Below are positions 38,412-49,243 of a stretch of 64,000 nt of DNA, one piece after another. Made by a program: the position numbers and the translations under genes. The notes under the pieces are model-generated. The model did no database searches. It was not told the origin of the DNA and saw only the letters and a program-made list of their open reading frames with translations. The DNA is from Promethearchaeota archaeon. GTDB taxonomy: Archaea > Asgardarchaeota > Lokiarchaeia > Sigyniarchaeales > SOKP01. The first letter of the stretch is position 1; each line of letters starts with the position of its first letter. The DNA is taken from contig JAUVNS010000007.1 of NCBI GenBank assembly GCA_030599585.1, positions 128,001 through 192,000 of the forward strand. The letters are read 5' to 3'.

Positions 38412-40496
38412 CTATTTACCTCCTTTCTTTGTTTTTATTCCCGCGAAAGCGCCCATAGGAACTTCTACAAATAACGGTCGTTTTGTTCCTGGAATAATCT
38501 TTTCTTGTTTTATTCCTTCTTCTCGGAAAATTCTATTAATTAGCGAGGTACAAGTTTTTCCACCACATGCCCCCATCCCAGCCTTAGTTAATGCTTTTAA
38601 TTCGTTAAAATCACGCACTCCATAGCGAATCCATTTTCGTATCTCTCCTACCGAAACTCTTTCGCATCTACACACGATAATATCATCATCGGTGTATGGT
38701 TGCTGATAGAAGTCCATTTCCTCAGTATAACCTGATTTTATAAGTTTAATACCAACAGCAATCTTAGCAATTTCTGAAGGCAACCTAACTGAAACTAGTT
38801 GGGTTTTAGGAAATTCTTTTAGAAATCGTGCTCGAGTAACTTCATACTCCCCTAATTCCCCATCGTTACTAACAACCATGACAGTTCGACCAACTTCAAT
38901 TTTTTCTGAAGTTAATTCTAAAGGAAAAGTAACTACTGGAGAATCTTTGTCTTTTCTATAATCCACTAAAGTGATAGCTAATCCCGGACAGACCGATACA
39001 CATTTTCCACAGCCAATACAATCTTGGTCGTCGGTAAAATACGGCAATTGAGTAATTAAATCGTCAATCGTTTTGATTTGTTCTTGAGGACACACGCTCG
39101 TACAAGGATTGCACGGTATTTCTTGATTACAATGAAATAATGGAAAGATACCTTCTTTCTTATCTATTACTTCCGTCTGAACAGGATCTGGAGGTTTTGC
39201 TTTCATTAAATTAGCGAAATCTTCTAACTCTTCAAGATTCTCCGAAATAGATATTCCCATTTCTTTTAAGATTTTTAACGCTTCAATTTTCCCGGTAAAG
39301 ATTGCTGCAGAAGCTTCAGCTATTTCTTGAGCGTCACCCGCAATCCATACTTTCATATCATACTGCTGCGCTTTATGGTAAAACTCATCGACAGGATCTA
39401 ATCCGACTGCGATTAAAAGAGTATCACACGCAAATGTTTTTTCGGAGCCGGGTTCAATTTCCCAGCTATCCGTTAGCTTTCCAATAGTAATGGATTCGAG
39501 TTCATCTTGACCGTTTGCAGATATAACCGTATGATTCGTATAGATTGGAACACCTAACCGTTTTAATTTGTCTTCGTGAACTCTGTATCCACCACATTGG
39601 GACATAGCTTCAACTAAACCCACAACATTTATCCCAGCTTGTATCGCGTGGTATCCTGCTATTAACCCGACATTACCTCCACCAACAATAAACACATTTT
39701 CCGCTGCTTTTATCAAATCTCGATTGACTAAAGTTTGAAAAGCACCAGCGCCATACACTCCAGGAAGCGTGTTGCCGGGAAAGACGAGCATCTTTTCTCT
39801 TGCTCCAGTTGCGATTAATAAATACTTAGGATTAATTAAAACATATTCGTCCATGTCCTTAATAAGCCCAACTAAGCCATCACTAAAAATCGCTATAACT
39901 ATACTGTTGACCCAAATCTTTACTGATTTAAGATTGGATACTATTTCTCCGAGTATATTTCCTATATCTATACCGCGTGTACCCGCATAAACATCTTCTT
40001 GAGAACCAAAAAATTTATGAGTTTGAAGGACTAATTTACCGCCTAATCTTGATTTATCGTCCACTAAAATAACATCAATATTATTTTCTCCTAAAATTTT
40101 TGTAGCAGAAAGTCCTGCGGGACCTCCTCCTATTACGAGAATGTCGGTATTTATTATTTGTATATCTCTAACTTCAACATGATCATCTTCCGAAGGTAAT
40201 TCTGGTAAATCATTACAACTTTCAATCGTCATACCTTCAGATAATGGAGTCATACATGCTTTAACTGGAACTCCATCGGCGATTACATTACACTGGGAAC
40301 ACTGGCCATTCGCGCAAAAAAGTCCCTGCGGACTGCGATCTTTTACATGATGACCAAAAATTTTAATTTTATTTAAAAATAGAGCGGAAGATATAACCAT
40401 CCCCTCGAATCCGTATAGAAGGTTCCCGTCAAATCTGAATTTTATTTTCTTCTTATCGGGAATTTCCAGAATGGGGTGCTTAGTTATGTTTTCCAT
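38412..40496 (-). CDS. PDH/Sox alpha-like subunit: [2Fe-2S] + FAD/NAD(P) + 2x[4Fe-4S] + BFD-like [2Fe-2S]
   Basis: 'CANGQCSQC', 'GGGPAG', 'GGGNVG', 'CNPCTSVC', 'CIGCGKCVSVCP', 'CRCE...GACGGKTC'. Confidence 0.85.
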   Translation of the reverse strand: MENITKHPILEIPDKKKIKFRFDGNLLYGFEGMVISSALFLNKIKIFGHHVKDRSPQGLFCANGQCSQCNVIADGVPVKACMTPLSEGMTIESCNDLPELPSEDDHVEVRDIQIINTDILVIGGGPAGLSATKILGENNIDVILVDDKSRLGGKLVLQTHKFFGSQEDVYAGTRGIDIGNILGEIVSNLKSVKIWVNSIVIAIFSDGLVGLIKDMDEYVLINPKYLLIATGAREKMLVFPGNTLPGVYGAGAFQTLVNRDLIKAAENVFIVGGGNVGLIAGYHAIQAGINVVGLVEAMSQCGGYRVHEDKLKRLGVPIYTNHTVISANGQDELESITIGKLTDSWEIEPGSEKTFACDTLLIAVGLDPVDEFYHKAQQYDMKVWIAGDAQEIAEASAAIFTGKIEALKILKEMGISISENLEELEDFANLMKAKPPDPVQTEVIDKKEGIFPLFHCNQEIPCNPCTSVCPQEQIKTIDDLITQLPYFTDDQDCIGCGKCVSVCPGLAITLVDYRKDKDSPVVTFPLELTSEKIEVGRTVMVVSNDGELGEYEVTRARFLKEFPKTQLVSVRLPSEIAKIAVGIKLIKSGYTEEMDFYQQPYTDDDIIVCRCERVSVGEIRKWIRYGVRDFNELKALTKAGMGACGGKTCTSLINRIFREEGIKQEKIIPGTKRPLFVEVPMGAFAGIKTKKGGK

Positions 40497-40531
40497 CTAG
40501 AATCAAGTTGAATAATTAATTATTATTGATA

Positions 40532-42712
40532 TTACTGATAAGGAGTTATAATATCAATTATTTTATGAAAATCGATTCCTAACTTTTTCACAGTCTCTAT
40601 AGTGGGACAACCGTTTTTACTCCAGCCTCGTTCAATGTAAACCGCATCTTGGAGCTTGGTATACTGTTCTTCTCTGTGTTTACGAAGAATTTTGATTTTT
40701 TCTTCTGTAGATTTACCTTCAATATCATTCTTCATCTCCTTTAACTGAGTATCGTATCTTTCTGCTCGACTTTCGTATTCAAGTGGCGTGACAGGTCCAA
40801 CAGCCCTATATGGTAAATTAGAATCGTGTTCTCGAAGACCTTTACCCTGTCTGATGTTAAATATTCTTTGAAAGTTATACACTCGTTCTGACATTAAAAG
40901 AAGATCGTCTATTGTCGATTCTCGCCCTGTAACTGCTGAGAAATATTCTGTATACCATTTTACGTGATCAGGAATTTTAGCGCGGACTAGTTCCCCCGTT
41001 TTAGGGTCTTTGATAGGGTAATCTGCTTGACTTGTTGGTTGGATATCGTTCCAAGGTAGTTTACATAAACCGCATAATCCAAACCAAGTTCTCCATATTG
41101 GGAAATACTGTAGAGCTTTAGCTTTATCCTGAAATGTTGGAATCGAATTTCGAATAACATCATCAAATATAAGCCATGCTTCGTCGTGTTGTGGACCCTT
41201 ATTTGCTAATCCATACCCACCTTGTTGTGCCAACGATTCTTTGGTTACATACTCAGAAAATTCTAATCCCTTGTGTTCCATACCGATATCTTGAACAAAT
41301 TGCGGATCTGCCCCATAGTTTTCGACAAAATATTGTTTCATCTGTTTAATGCCCTTACCAACGATAACTCCAAAGCCTTCCCCTTTAGCCATTTGATGAA
41401 TTAACTCAACTGCAGCTTCAACACTTCCAAAGTTTAATTCCAAACCTCCGGTTTTTTCTTTGTTTAAAATACCCGCCTCAAAACACTCCATTACGAACGC
41501 TATCCCTGTACCAACTGATATAGTATCTAAACCGTAAGTATCGCAATAGAAATTTACTTCTAAAACCCATTGTGGGTCCCATACGCCCCAATTTGAGCCA
41601 CAACCCGCTATTGTCTCGTATTCTGGACCATCAACAATTAATTTTTGCCCTTTAAAAGGACCTGTGCGAACTTCGTATCCCTCTGAATAGTGGGAACAAC
41701 TTACAGTGCATCCAATCCAACATCCATCTCCTCCTTCTTTTCCAGAGTAAATACCCCTCATAATTTCTCTATTGTAGGGAATGTCTTTCCCTCGAATTTC
41801 TCGATGAGCTCCGAAACGAAAGTTTTCGGTTGGTAAAAGATCTGTAACATTCATAATATCAGGAAGATGCCCCGTTCCAACTCTGCGCATTTCGTTCTGC
41901 ACAGGATCAAGTTTAATTATTTCTTGAGTGTGTGCTCTCCCTATTTTTCTAGCTTCTTCTAAATTAGCGGGATTATTCGATCCGACTGAAACTTTTGGAG
42001 AACGACACACCAAAGCTTTAATATTTTTATCAGCAAAAACGGTACCGATTCCCCCTCTTCCAGCTTGTTTGTTTGACGCCCATTTACGACCTGGAACATA
42101 CCACGAAAAGTTTAACAAGCCCCAATTGGTATATTTAGCTGCAGGGCCAGTACTTACAATGGAAACTCGTTGTTTATCACGATCATCTTCTGCGTAATGT
42201 TCTGTGAGCTGCTGGGTCAATTCATGAGAGAAATTTGATAATTCTTCAGATTCTTCAATGCTTTTGATTTGAATAAGACCCTTAACGCCATCAATAAGCA
42301 CAATAACTTCTTGTTGAGACTTCCCTTGAATTTCAAGCGCATCGAACCCTGAGAATTTTAAATACGGTCCGAAATAACCGCCCACATTAGAGTCAACTAT
42401 CATATCTGTCAAGGGAGATATTGTCGTAACTATTGATTTTCCCGATCCTGGATAAAAGATATTTCCTCCTAACGGTCCTGAAGAAATACATATTTCGTTT
42501 TCAGGATCGTTCCATTTTACTATTTTATCTTGCGGGAGTCCATTCCACATAAGCCAAAGGTCGAAACCTTTCCCTCCAATAAAATTCTCTTTCATCCCAT
42601 CGGTAACTGGCTTTATCTGAATCTCGTTATTAGTGAGATTAATATAGAGAGTTCTGTTAGTATACCCTCTTTGGACTTCGTGAATACCATATTTCATTTC
42701 TGCCAAAATCAT
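40532..42712 (-). CDS. Tungsten-type aldehyde:ferredoxin oxidoreductase family protein
   Basis: 'FIGGKG', 'TISPLT', 'SNVGG', 'QAGRGGIG', 'GCWIGCTVSCSH', 'DGPEYET', 'CDTYGLDTIS'. Confidence 0.9.
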   Translation of the reverse strand: MILAEMKYGIHEVQRGYTNRTLYINLTNNEIQIKPVTDGMKENFIGGKGFDLWLMWNGLPQDKIVKWNDPENEICISSGPLGGNIFYPGSGKSIVTTISPLTDMIVDSNVGGYFGPYLKFSGFDALEIQGKSQQEVIVLIDGVKGLIQIKSIEESEELSNFSHELTQQLTEHYAEDDRDKQRVSIVSTGPAAKYTNWGLLNFSWYVPGRKWASNKQAGRGGIGTVFADKNIKALVCRSPKVSVGSNNPANLEEARKIGRAHTQEIIKLDPVQNEMRRVGTGHLPDIMNVTDLLPTENFRFGAHREIRGKDIPYNREIMRGIYSGKEGGDGCWIGCTVSCSHYSEGYEVRTGPFKGQKLIVDGPEYETIAGCGSNWGVWDPQWVLEVNFYCDTYGLDTISVGTGIAFVMECFEAGILNKEKTGGLELNFGSVEAAVELIHQMAKGEGFGVIVGKGIKQMKQYFVENYGADPQFVQDIGMEHKGLEFSEYVTKESLAQQGGYGLANKGPQHDEAWLIFDDVIRNSIPTFQDKAKALQYFPIWRTWFGLCGLCKLPWNDIQPTSQADYPIKDPKTGELVRAKIPDHVKWYTEYFSAVTGRESTIDDLLLMSERVYNFQRIFNIRQGKGLREHDSNLPYRAVGPVTPLEYESRAERYDTQLKEMKNDIEGKSTEEKIKILRKHREEQYTKLQDAVYIERGWSKNGCPTIETVKKLGIDFHKIIDIITPYQ

Positions 42713-42845
42713 AGATTTTCACTCAATTTATTTAAGATTATAATATTAAAAACATGACTTTAAACTATGGTTGATTTAATGAGACTTTAGAATTAAATAT
42801 TATTTAACTAAGTTTAAAAAAGGATTGTAAAAAATAGAAATAATT

Positions 42846-43409
42846 TTAAATCATTCTAGCTAACTCATTAGCCCAATTACGAATCTCATCCCAATTTCTT
42901 GAATCGTAAACTCCTGGCTCTGTTTCTTTAATTCCTGCCGGGAGGAAATTGTCTTTTTCTGACTCTAAGAATTTTTGATAAATTTTACCTATCTGATTAT
43001 AATCCCAGATACCACCAAACATAGTCATCGAGATTGGATTCAAATTATATTTAGAAGCTTTATCCTCAAGATATTTTTTGGAAATTCTAATAATTTCATC
43101 ATGTTCTCCTTTATATTCCATGAGCGCTCGCGCTCCTGAAGACACGAAGATTGCTACTTTCATTTTCTTGAGCTCACCGCTAAACTTGTTTAAAAATGCT
43201 TTAGCTTTACTCGTCCACATTTCCATTTTCATTCCACTCCCAATTATAACAAGTTCAAATTTTGAGATATCTTTGATCTTCTCTTCTTTGAGATTTACAA
43301 CTCTTACCTCAAATCCTTTACCTTGAAGAACTTTAGCAATTTCTTCCGAGGTACTAGTTGTCGCTCCATAACGAGTACCATATGCAATTAATATATTGGT
43401 TTTTTCCAT
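42846..43409 (-). CDS. Flavodoxin-domain protein (HemG-like)
   Basis: 'IAYGTRYGATTSTSEEIA', 'VIIGSG', 'DSRNWDEIRNWA'. Confidence 0.88.
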   Translation of the reverse strand: MEKTNILIAYGTRYGATTSTSEEIAKVLQGKGFEVRVVNLKEEKIKDISKFELVIIGSGMKMEMWTSKAKAFLNKFSGELKKMKVAIFVSSGARALMEYKGEHDEIIRISKKYLEDKASKYNLNPISMTMFGGIWDYNQIGKIYQKFLESEKDNFLPAGIKETEPGVYDSRNWDEIRNWANELARMI

Positions 43410-43524
43410 TTTTTTTCCCTCTTTAAAAATTAGGACAATTGGACTATGATTAAATAATCAAACAAAGCTTCTTAATCTTACAACAAAAATTTATAATTAA
43501 AAAATTAGGTAGAATAAAAAATTA

Positions 43525-44865
43525 TTATTTAAGATATTTTGTTATAAATTTATCTAAAGTTTCTTCAATTGTTGGGCTGTTAACGGCTTCTATATCGTAC
43601 GAAACTCTAATAATAGGCTTATTGCTATTAATTAATTTTTCAAGATCGATCGGGCTACCATCAATTATAAATTCACATTCTGCTTTATTGAGTGTTTCTT
43701 CCATGTCTTTAATCTGTTGGTCGTTGTATCCCATAGCTGGAACAATCTGTGTGATCTGTGGAAACTCTTCAAAGACTTTTTTCATTGTACCTACAATGTA
43801 CGGTTTAGGATCAACGATAATAGCACCACTATTGGTTGCTGCGACAAAACCGGCACCGTAAGACATGCTTCCGTGAGTCAAAGTTGGACCATCTTCTACA
43901 ACGATCACTTTCTTACCCTTCAAATCGTGGTTTCCTTCAATAGTTACGACCGAATTAGTATAAATTTTCGCCGCAAGAGGGTTTAATTCTTTTAGATTAG
44001 CTTCAACAATTTTAACATCTTCAGGTTTAGCATTATTCATTTTATTAATTACAAATGCGTCAGCAGATCGAGCGTTCACTTCACCGGGATGGTATTTCAT
44101 TTCGTGACCGGGTCTCAATGGATCCACTACGATAAAGAGTAAATCTGGAACGTAAAACGATAGCTCGTTGTTTCCACCATCAAAAATAATTACATCCGCT
44201 TCTTTTTCTGCCTCTCTAACAATTTTTTCGTAATCTACTCCGGAGTAAATCACAAGTCCCTGCTCGATATATGGTTCATATTCCTCTCGTTCTTCAATTG
44301 TACAGTTGTATTTATCTAAATCTTCATACTTCTCAAAACGCATGACATTTTGCTTTATTAAATCCCCATAAGGCATAGGTTCTCGTACTGCTACAACTTT
44401 ATACCCCTTACTCATTAAATACCTGTAAGTTGCTCGAGAGACCTGACTTTTACCACATCCAGTTCTAACTGCACATATAGCTACAACAGGCTTATTAGAT
44501 TTAATTTGTGTAAACTTTCCCGAAATTAATCGATAATTCGCCCCAGCAGATAGCACCCGAGAACCCTTATGCATTAATTCTTCGTGCGAAACATCAGAAT
44601 AGGCAAACACCACTTCATCTATCTGATGATGTTTAATTATTTCTTCAAGGTGTTCTTCGGGAAGCATTGGGATGCCTTTTGGATATAAATTACCTGCTAA
44701 TTCCGCAGGGTATTTCCTTTCCGCCCCCTCAATTGTTCCTACATTCTGTTCTCCAGCGATAGTGAATGCGATAACCTCGTATTCTTCGTTGTCTCGAAAA
44801 ACAGTGTTAAACACGTGGAAGTCCATTCCTAAAGCTCCAATAATAACAACTTTCTTTTTCTGCAT
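43525..44865 (-). CDS. arcE: Arginine synthetase ArcE-like P-loop protein (cyclic 2,3-DPG synthetase superfamily)
   Basis: 'GALGMDFHVFN', 'AYSDV', 'VRTGCGKSQ', 'PMPYGDL', 'TIEEREEYE', 'DGGNN', 'YHPGEVN', 'VEDGPTLTHG'; near OTC and carbamate kinase; ATG at 44865 preferred to TTG at 44874. Confidence 0.78.
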   Translation of the reverse strand: MQKKKVVIIGALGMDFHVFNTVFRDNEEYEVIAFTIAGEQNVGTIEGAERKYPAELAGNLYPKGIPMLPEEHLEEIIKHHQIDEVVFAYSDVSHEELMHKGSRVLSAGANYRLISGKFTQIKSNKPVVAICAVRTGCGKSQVSRATYRYLMSKGYKVVAVREPMPYGDLIKQNVMRFEKYEDLDKYNCTIEEREEYEPYIEQGLVIYSGVDYEKIVREAEKEADVIIFDGGNNELSFYVPDLLFIVVDPLRPGHEMKYHPGEVNARSADAFVINKMNNAKPEDVKIVEANLKELNPLAAKIYTNSVVTIEGNHDLKGKKVIVVEDGPTLTHGSMSYGAGFVAATNSGAIIVDPKPYIVGTMKKVFEEFPQITQIVPAMGYNDQQIKDMEETLNKAECEFIIDGSPIDLEKLINSNKPIIRVSYDIEAVNSPTIEETLDKFITKYLK

Positions 44866-44998
44866 ATGATACAAACCATTCTAATAGTATTCTTTACTTT
44901 CTTATGTTAATTAATTTGGGATATGTAATAATAGTTATTGAAAGTATTACGGGAATGACAACCCATTCATTAATTTTTGTAAACCTATTGTAGGAATG

Positions 44999-46099
44999 CT
45001 AATCATTAATTACCAGAGGTGGGAGATATATTTCTCTTAGCTCTGTTTGTTCTAATATTCTAGCATTTTCGGAACAATGGTGAACACAGACTCCACAACC
45101 TATACATTTATTTTTATCATCATATGCAATCCCATCAATCAATGAAACTGCCTCGATCGGGCATTTATCGACACAGATTCCGCAACCAACACACTTGTTT
45201 TCATCTACTTTCGCAATGTAGGATGTCAAAGTATGAAATGATAAAATTCCTCTATAATAAGTCTGAAAAAGAATGCAACAACACTTACAACAATTACATA
45301 TAGCGTTTTCTTTTTGATCGAGACTAAATTCATCATGAAAAGTCTTATGAACAAGCCCTTCTTCTTCGGCTTCTAATAATATTCTCTTAGCTTCATCTTT
45401 AGACACAGGTTTACCCAAACCATGATCTATAAAATATCGACCCATATTTCCAAAATGAAAGCATCTAAATCTATCACTTGCTGTTTTACAAGTTTCACCT
45501 AATAAACTCTTTTGAAGCTTACATGGACACTCCGAAAGAGATATAATTTCTTGTTCATCTATGATCCTCGAAGCTTCATGTAAAGGTAATACTGTTTCCT
45601 GTGGAACAGATATTTCCTTTTCAATCGGAATAATTCGTGCAAAAATTGGCAATCTCTCTTTGAAAATTGGTAATAATCCCTCATAATTCGCTTGAACCAT
45701 TTCAGTCGTTTCCTTAAACATTTTTTCAAAAATTTTAGCCAATTTTTGCTTCTGTTCAAATGGTCGGTCTCCGATGAGGGAATATTCAAATATATCTGCA
45801 ACCGGCGGCAATAGACGATATTCCATCATATTACTACCTTCAATTGGCTTATCCATAATGATTCCATTATCCATTAAGGAATCTAATATTTCTTTTAATC
45901 TGGTATCATTTAATTCAGTTTTTTCTTTTAACTCTTGAAAAGTCAATATGGGTTTTCTAAAATTAAGCAAAAATTTGACTTCTTCTTCATTCAAAAGAGT
46001 TTTTAAGATTTCAACTAATGTCTCGTTAGCTTGAAAGAGAGGATTCCCGCTTGCCCTTACAATTAATTTAGCAGCTTTATACCAAACCTTTTCTGACAT
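44999..46099 (-). CDS. Fe-S protein: N-terminal wHTH-like region, Cys-rich core, C-terminal 2x[4Fe-4S] ferredoxin
   Basis: 'CPC', 'ICNCCKCCC', 'CVGCGICVDKCP', 'CIGCGVCVHHC'; ATG at 46099 preferred. Confidence 0.85.
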   Translation of the reverse strand: MSEKVWYKAAKLIVRASGNPLFQANETLVEILKTLLNEEEVKFLLNFRKPILTFQELKEKTELNDTRLKEILDSLMDNGIIMDKPIEGSNMMEYRLLPPVADIFEYSLIGDRPFEQKQKLAKIFEKMFKETTEMVQANYEGLLPIFKERLPIFARIIPIEKEISVPQETVLPLHEASRIIDEQEIISLSECPCKLQKSLLGETCKTASDRFRCFHFGNMGRYFIDHGLGKPVSKDEAKRILLEAEEEGLVHKTFHDEFSLDQKENAICNCCKCCCILFQTYYRGILSFHTLTSYIAKVDENKCVGCGICVDKCPIEAVSLIDGIAYDDKNKCIGCGVCVHHCSENARILEQTELREIYLPPLVIND

Positions 46100-46259
46100 A
46101 ATTAACTCTATCCACAAGAGATTAATAATATATCTATCTCTTTTTAATTAATATTTATAGCTATAGTTTCTTTAACTCTTCCCATTTTTAAAAATTAAAA
46201 CCATTTTTCGCTATTACATCTCGATACCAAAGAGAGCTAAAGAGAGATTTATAATGATT

Positions 46260-46667
46260 TTAGTATTGTATAATTGCTAGATCTTTAATTCTTTCAAAAT
46301 GATTTACATTTTTAGTTATTATTTTCTTTATCCCATTTGATAACATAATACCCGCAATAAGGATGTCGTTGTCATCAATTCTCTGACCTTGGGATTCTAA
46401 ATTATCGTAGATTTCAGCTGCCATTTCAGCTTCCTTATATCCTAAAGGGAAGATTTCCATGCTGCTAATAAAGTCTGTCCATATTTTATAAAGCTGATTG
46501 TATCTATTTGTGGATAATTTTCTTTTGGTGCGCTCTAAGCCAATATTGATTTCATACACCGTAATTGCTGTAATATGAATTAAATCTTCTTGTTTAGAGA
46601 TACTTTTTTTAATTTCTTTATTACCATTAAGGTAATCAACACATGCAGATGTATCTAATATGATCAT
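46260..46667 (-). CDS. vapC: PIN-domain toxin VapC
   Basis: 'IILDTS', 'ITVYE', 'DILIAG', 'ITKNVNHF'. Confidence 0.92.
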   Translation of the reverse strand: MIILDTSACVDYLNGNKEIKKSISKQEDLIHITAITVYEINIGLERTKRKLSTNRYNQLYKIWTDFISSMEIFPLGYKEAEMAAEIYDNLESQGQRIDDNDILIAGIMLSNGIKKIITKNVNHFERIKDLAIIQY

Positions 46668-46903
46668 TTAATCTCACCGATTTCGGAGTTTTTCCACCTA
46701 CGACCGGGACGATTCGTAATATCATTCCAAATTTCACTTTTTTCTTTTGCCGAAAGGTTCCATGTTCCGAAGGTCTTTTCCATCTTCAGTTTTTGAATTT
46801 TTAGCAATCGTAAGAAAAGTTCAGAAAAGCTTTCGTTCTCCCTTTTAATTTTCATTAATTTCTTATATACGTCTTCAGTAATACTAATATTTTTGGATGT
46901 CAT
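46664..46903 (-). CDS. vapB: Archaeal-type VapB antitoxin
   Basis: 'KNISITEDVYKKLMKIKRENESFSELFLRLL'; ATGA overlap with vapC; ATG at 46903. Confidence 0.88.
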   Translation of the reverse strand: MTSKNISITEDVYKKLMKIKRENESFSELFLRLLKIQKLKMEKTFGTWNLSAKEKSEIWNDITNRPGRRWKNSEIGEIK

Positions 46904-46934
46904 ATGTATATATGTATACATACACATATTTAAG
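46904..46934 (-). promoter_or_regulatory. vapBC promoter: TATA-like CTTAAATA plus palindromic candidate operator TATGTATACATA (46911-46922)
   Basis: Perfect 12-bp palindrome between the TATA-like box (46934-46927) and the ATG ~24 nt downstream. Confidence 0.55.
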
Positions 46935-47008
46935 GATTTATTATAAACAATTCTTTATCCTTACCGATTCAAATATAGAGAAATAGAATAGAAAAAAGAA
47001 AAAGGATA

Positions 47009-49243
47009 TTATAATGCATCGAGCGCAGTATTAAAAGTCTCGCTCGGACGCATCATTTTCTCGGTAATTTCATCATCAGGTTTATAATAACCTTTCAAAT
47101 CTACCGGTGTCCCTTGAACAGCGAGTAACTCTTCGGTAATTTTGGCTTCATTTTCTGTCAATACTTGGGCAAGAAGTGCAAATCGGGCTTTCATATCAGC
47201 ATCCTTATCTTGAGTAGCGAGAGCTTGAGCCCAATACATTGTTAAATAGAACTGGCTGCCGCGATTGTCTATTTCATTGACTTTTCGGGAGGGAGATTTA
47301 TTTTCATTCAAATATTTCTCAACCGCCTGATCTAATGTTTCCGCCAGCAATATAGCTTTAGAATTATTTAATCGTCGACCAAAGTGTGTGAATGAATTTG
47401 CTAATGCAAGAAATTCACCCAATGAATCCCATCGCAAGTGATTTTCGCTTATAAATTGTTTAACGTGTTTTGGCGCACTTCCACCGGCTCCAGTCTCGAA
47501 TAATCCTCCTCCTGCCATTAATGGAACAGTTGAGAGCATTTTTGCACTGGTGCCAACTTCAAGGATTGGAAACAGATCAGTAAGATAATCTCGTAATACA
47601 TTACCAGTAACTGCGATAATATTCTTTCCTTCACTAATTGATTCACATGCATTTCGGGTAGCATCTTCCAGGTTCATTATTTTTATATCTAAACCGGCAG
47701 TGTCATGGTCTTTCAGATAAAGATTCACTTTCTTTATCAATTCAGCATCGTGGGCTCGGTTTTCATTCAACCAGAATATAGTTGGGTAACTGGTGAGTTT
47801 AGCTCGCTTTACCGCCAATCCAACCCAATCTTGGATCGGTAAGTCTTTAGTTTGGCACATGCGGAAGAAATCTCCTTCTTCAACAGGGCGTTCCAATAAA
47901 ATTTCACCATTTTCTGCCACTACACGAACATTTCCTTTGCTTTTTAATTCAAAAGTTTTGTTATGAGATCCATATTCTTCAGCTTTTTCAGCCATTAAGC
48001 CTATGTTTTGTACGGTTCCCATTGTTGTAACATCAAAGGCTCCATGCTCTTTACAATAATCAATGGTGATTTGGAAAACACTGGCATAGCTCGAATCGGG
48101 AATGACAAATTTAGTATCATACGCTTTTCCATCGGGACCCCACATTTGACCGCCGTTCCGAATTGCTGCCGGCATTGATGCATCGATAATCACATCGGAG
48201 GGGACATGTAAATTGGTTATCCCTTTATCAGAATCTACCATCGCTAATTTTGGCCGAGTCGCATAGCAAGCCTCGATATCATCTGCAATTTCCTTTTGCT
48301 TCTCAGAGGATAATTCTTTAATTTTAGCGTATAGTTCACCCAGACCATTTCGGGGGCTAATTGCAAGCTGTTTGAAGGTTTCTGCATATTTTTCATATAT
48401 TTCTTTGAAATAGATCGATACAACGTGGCCGAATATGATTGGATCGGAGACCTTCATCATGGTTGCCTTAAGATGAACTGAGAATAAGATATCCTGTTCT
48501 TTAGCATCTTTGACCTGTTCTTCCAAGAAAAATCTAAGCAATTTCTTGCTCATTATGGAAGCATCTATGATTTCACCTGGAATTAAAGCCAATTTGTCCT
48601 TCAAAACTGTTTTTTTATCCGTAGTGTCGATAAATTCAATTGTTGAATCTCCTGCCGTTTGTTCCGTAATGGTAGCTGAGATTTCGGTTGATCGTAAGTC
48701 GCCTTCCTGCATGGTGGTTACATGAGATTTGGAGTCTTTTGTCCAAATACCCATGGAATGTGGATTTTTTTTCGCAAAATTTTTGACCGGTCCTGGAACT
48801 CTCCTATCTGAATTTCCCATACGGGTTACTGGGTTTACAGCACTTCCCTTCACAATATTAAATTTCTTCAAGATCGCCTTTTCTTCATCGGTTTCCGGAT
48901 CAATTGGATAATTGGGGACATTATATCCCTTTTCTTGGAGTTCTTTAACAGCTGCATTAATTTGTGGGATTGAAGCACTAATATTTGGAAGTTTAATGAT
49001 ATTAGCTTCGGGTTTTTTGACCAATTCTCCAATCTCATTCAAATCATTGGATTGTTTTTGTTCTTCTGTCAAATATTCCGGGAAATTTGCAAGAATTCGA
49101 CCCGCTAGAGAAATATTCCTTGTTTCTACGGGGATTCCTGCTACACTAGCGAATTTTTTCACAATTGGGAGGAAAGAGTAGGTGGCTAACCGTGGGGCTT
49201 CATCCACAATTGTGTAGATTATTTTTTCATTCGATTGACTCAT
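47009..49243 (-). CDS. icd: Monomeric NADP-dependent isocitrate dehydrogenase
   Basis: '[16 protein letters not shown]', '[10 protein letters not shown]', '[12 protein letters not shown]', '[15 protein letters not shown]', '[12 protein letters not shown]'; ~745 aa. Confidence 0.97.
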   Translation of the reverse strand: MSQSNEKIIYTIVDEAPRLATYSFLPIVKKFASVAGIPVETRNISLAGRILANFPEYLTEEQKQSNDLNEIGELVKKPEANIIKLPNISASIPQINAAVKELQEKGYNVPNYPIDPETDEEKAILKKFNIVKGSAVNPVTRMGNSDRRVPGPVKNFAKKNPHSMGIWTKDSKSHVTTMQEGDLRSTEISATITEQTAGDSTIEFIDTTDKKTVLKDKLALIPGEIIDASIMSKKLLRFFLEEQVKDAKEQDILFSVHLKATMMKVSDPIIFGHVVSIYFKEIYEKYAETFKQLAISPRNGLGELYAKIKELSSEKQKEIADDIEACYATRPKLAMVDSDKGITNLHVPSDVIIDASMPAAIRNGGQMWGPDGKAYDTKFVIPDSSYASVFQITIDYCKEHGAFDVTTMGTVQNIGLMAEKAEEYGSHNKTFELKSKGNVRVVAENGEILLERPVEEGDFFRMCQTKDLPIQDWVGLAVKRAKLTSYPTIFWLNENRAHDAELIKKVNLYLKDHDTAGLDIKIMNLEDATRNACESISEGKNIIAVTGNVLRDYLTDLFPILEVGTSAKMLSTVPLMAGGGLFETGAGGSAPKHVKQFISENHLRWDSLGEFLALANSFTHFGRRLNNSKAILLAETLDQAVEKYLNENKSPSRKVNEIDNRGSQFYLTMYWAQALATQDKDADMKARFALLAQVLTENEAKITEELLAVQGTPVDLKGYYKPDDEITEKMMRPSETFNTALDAL

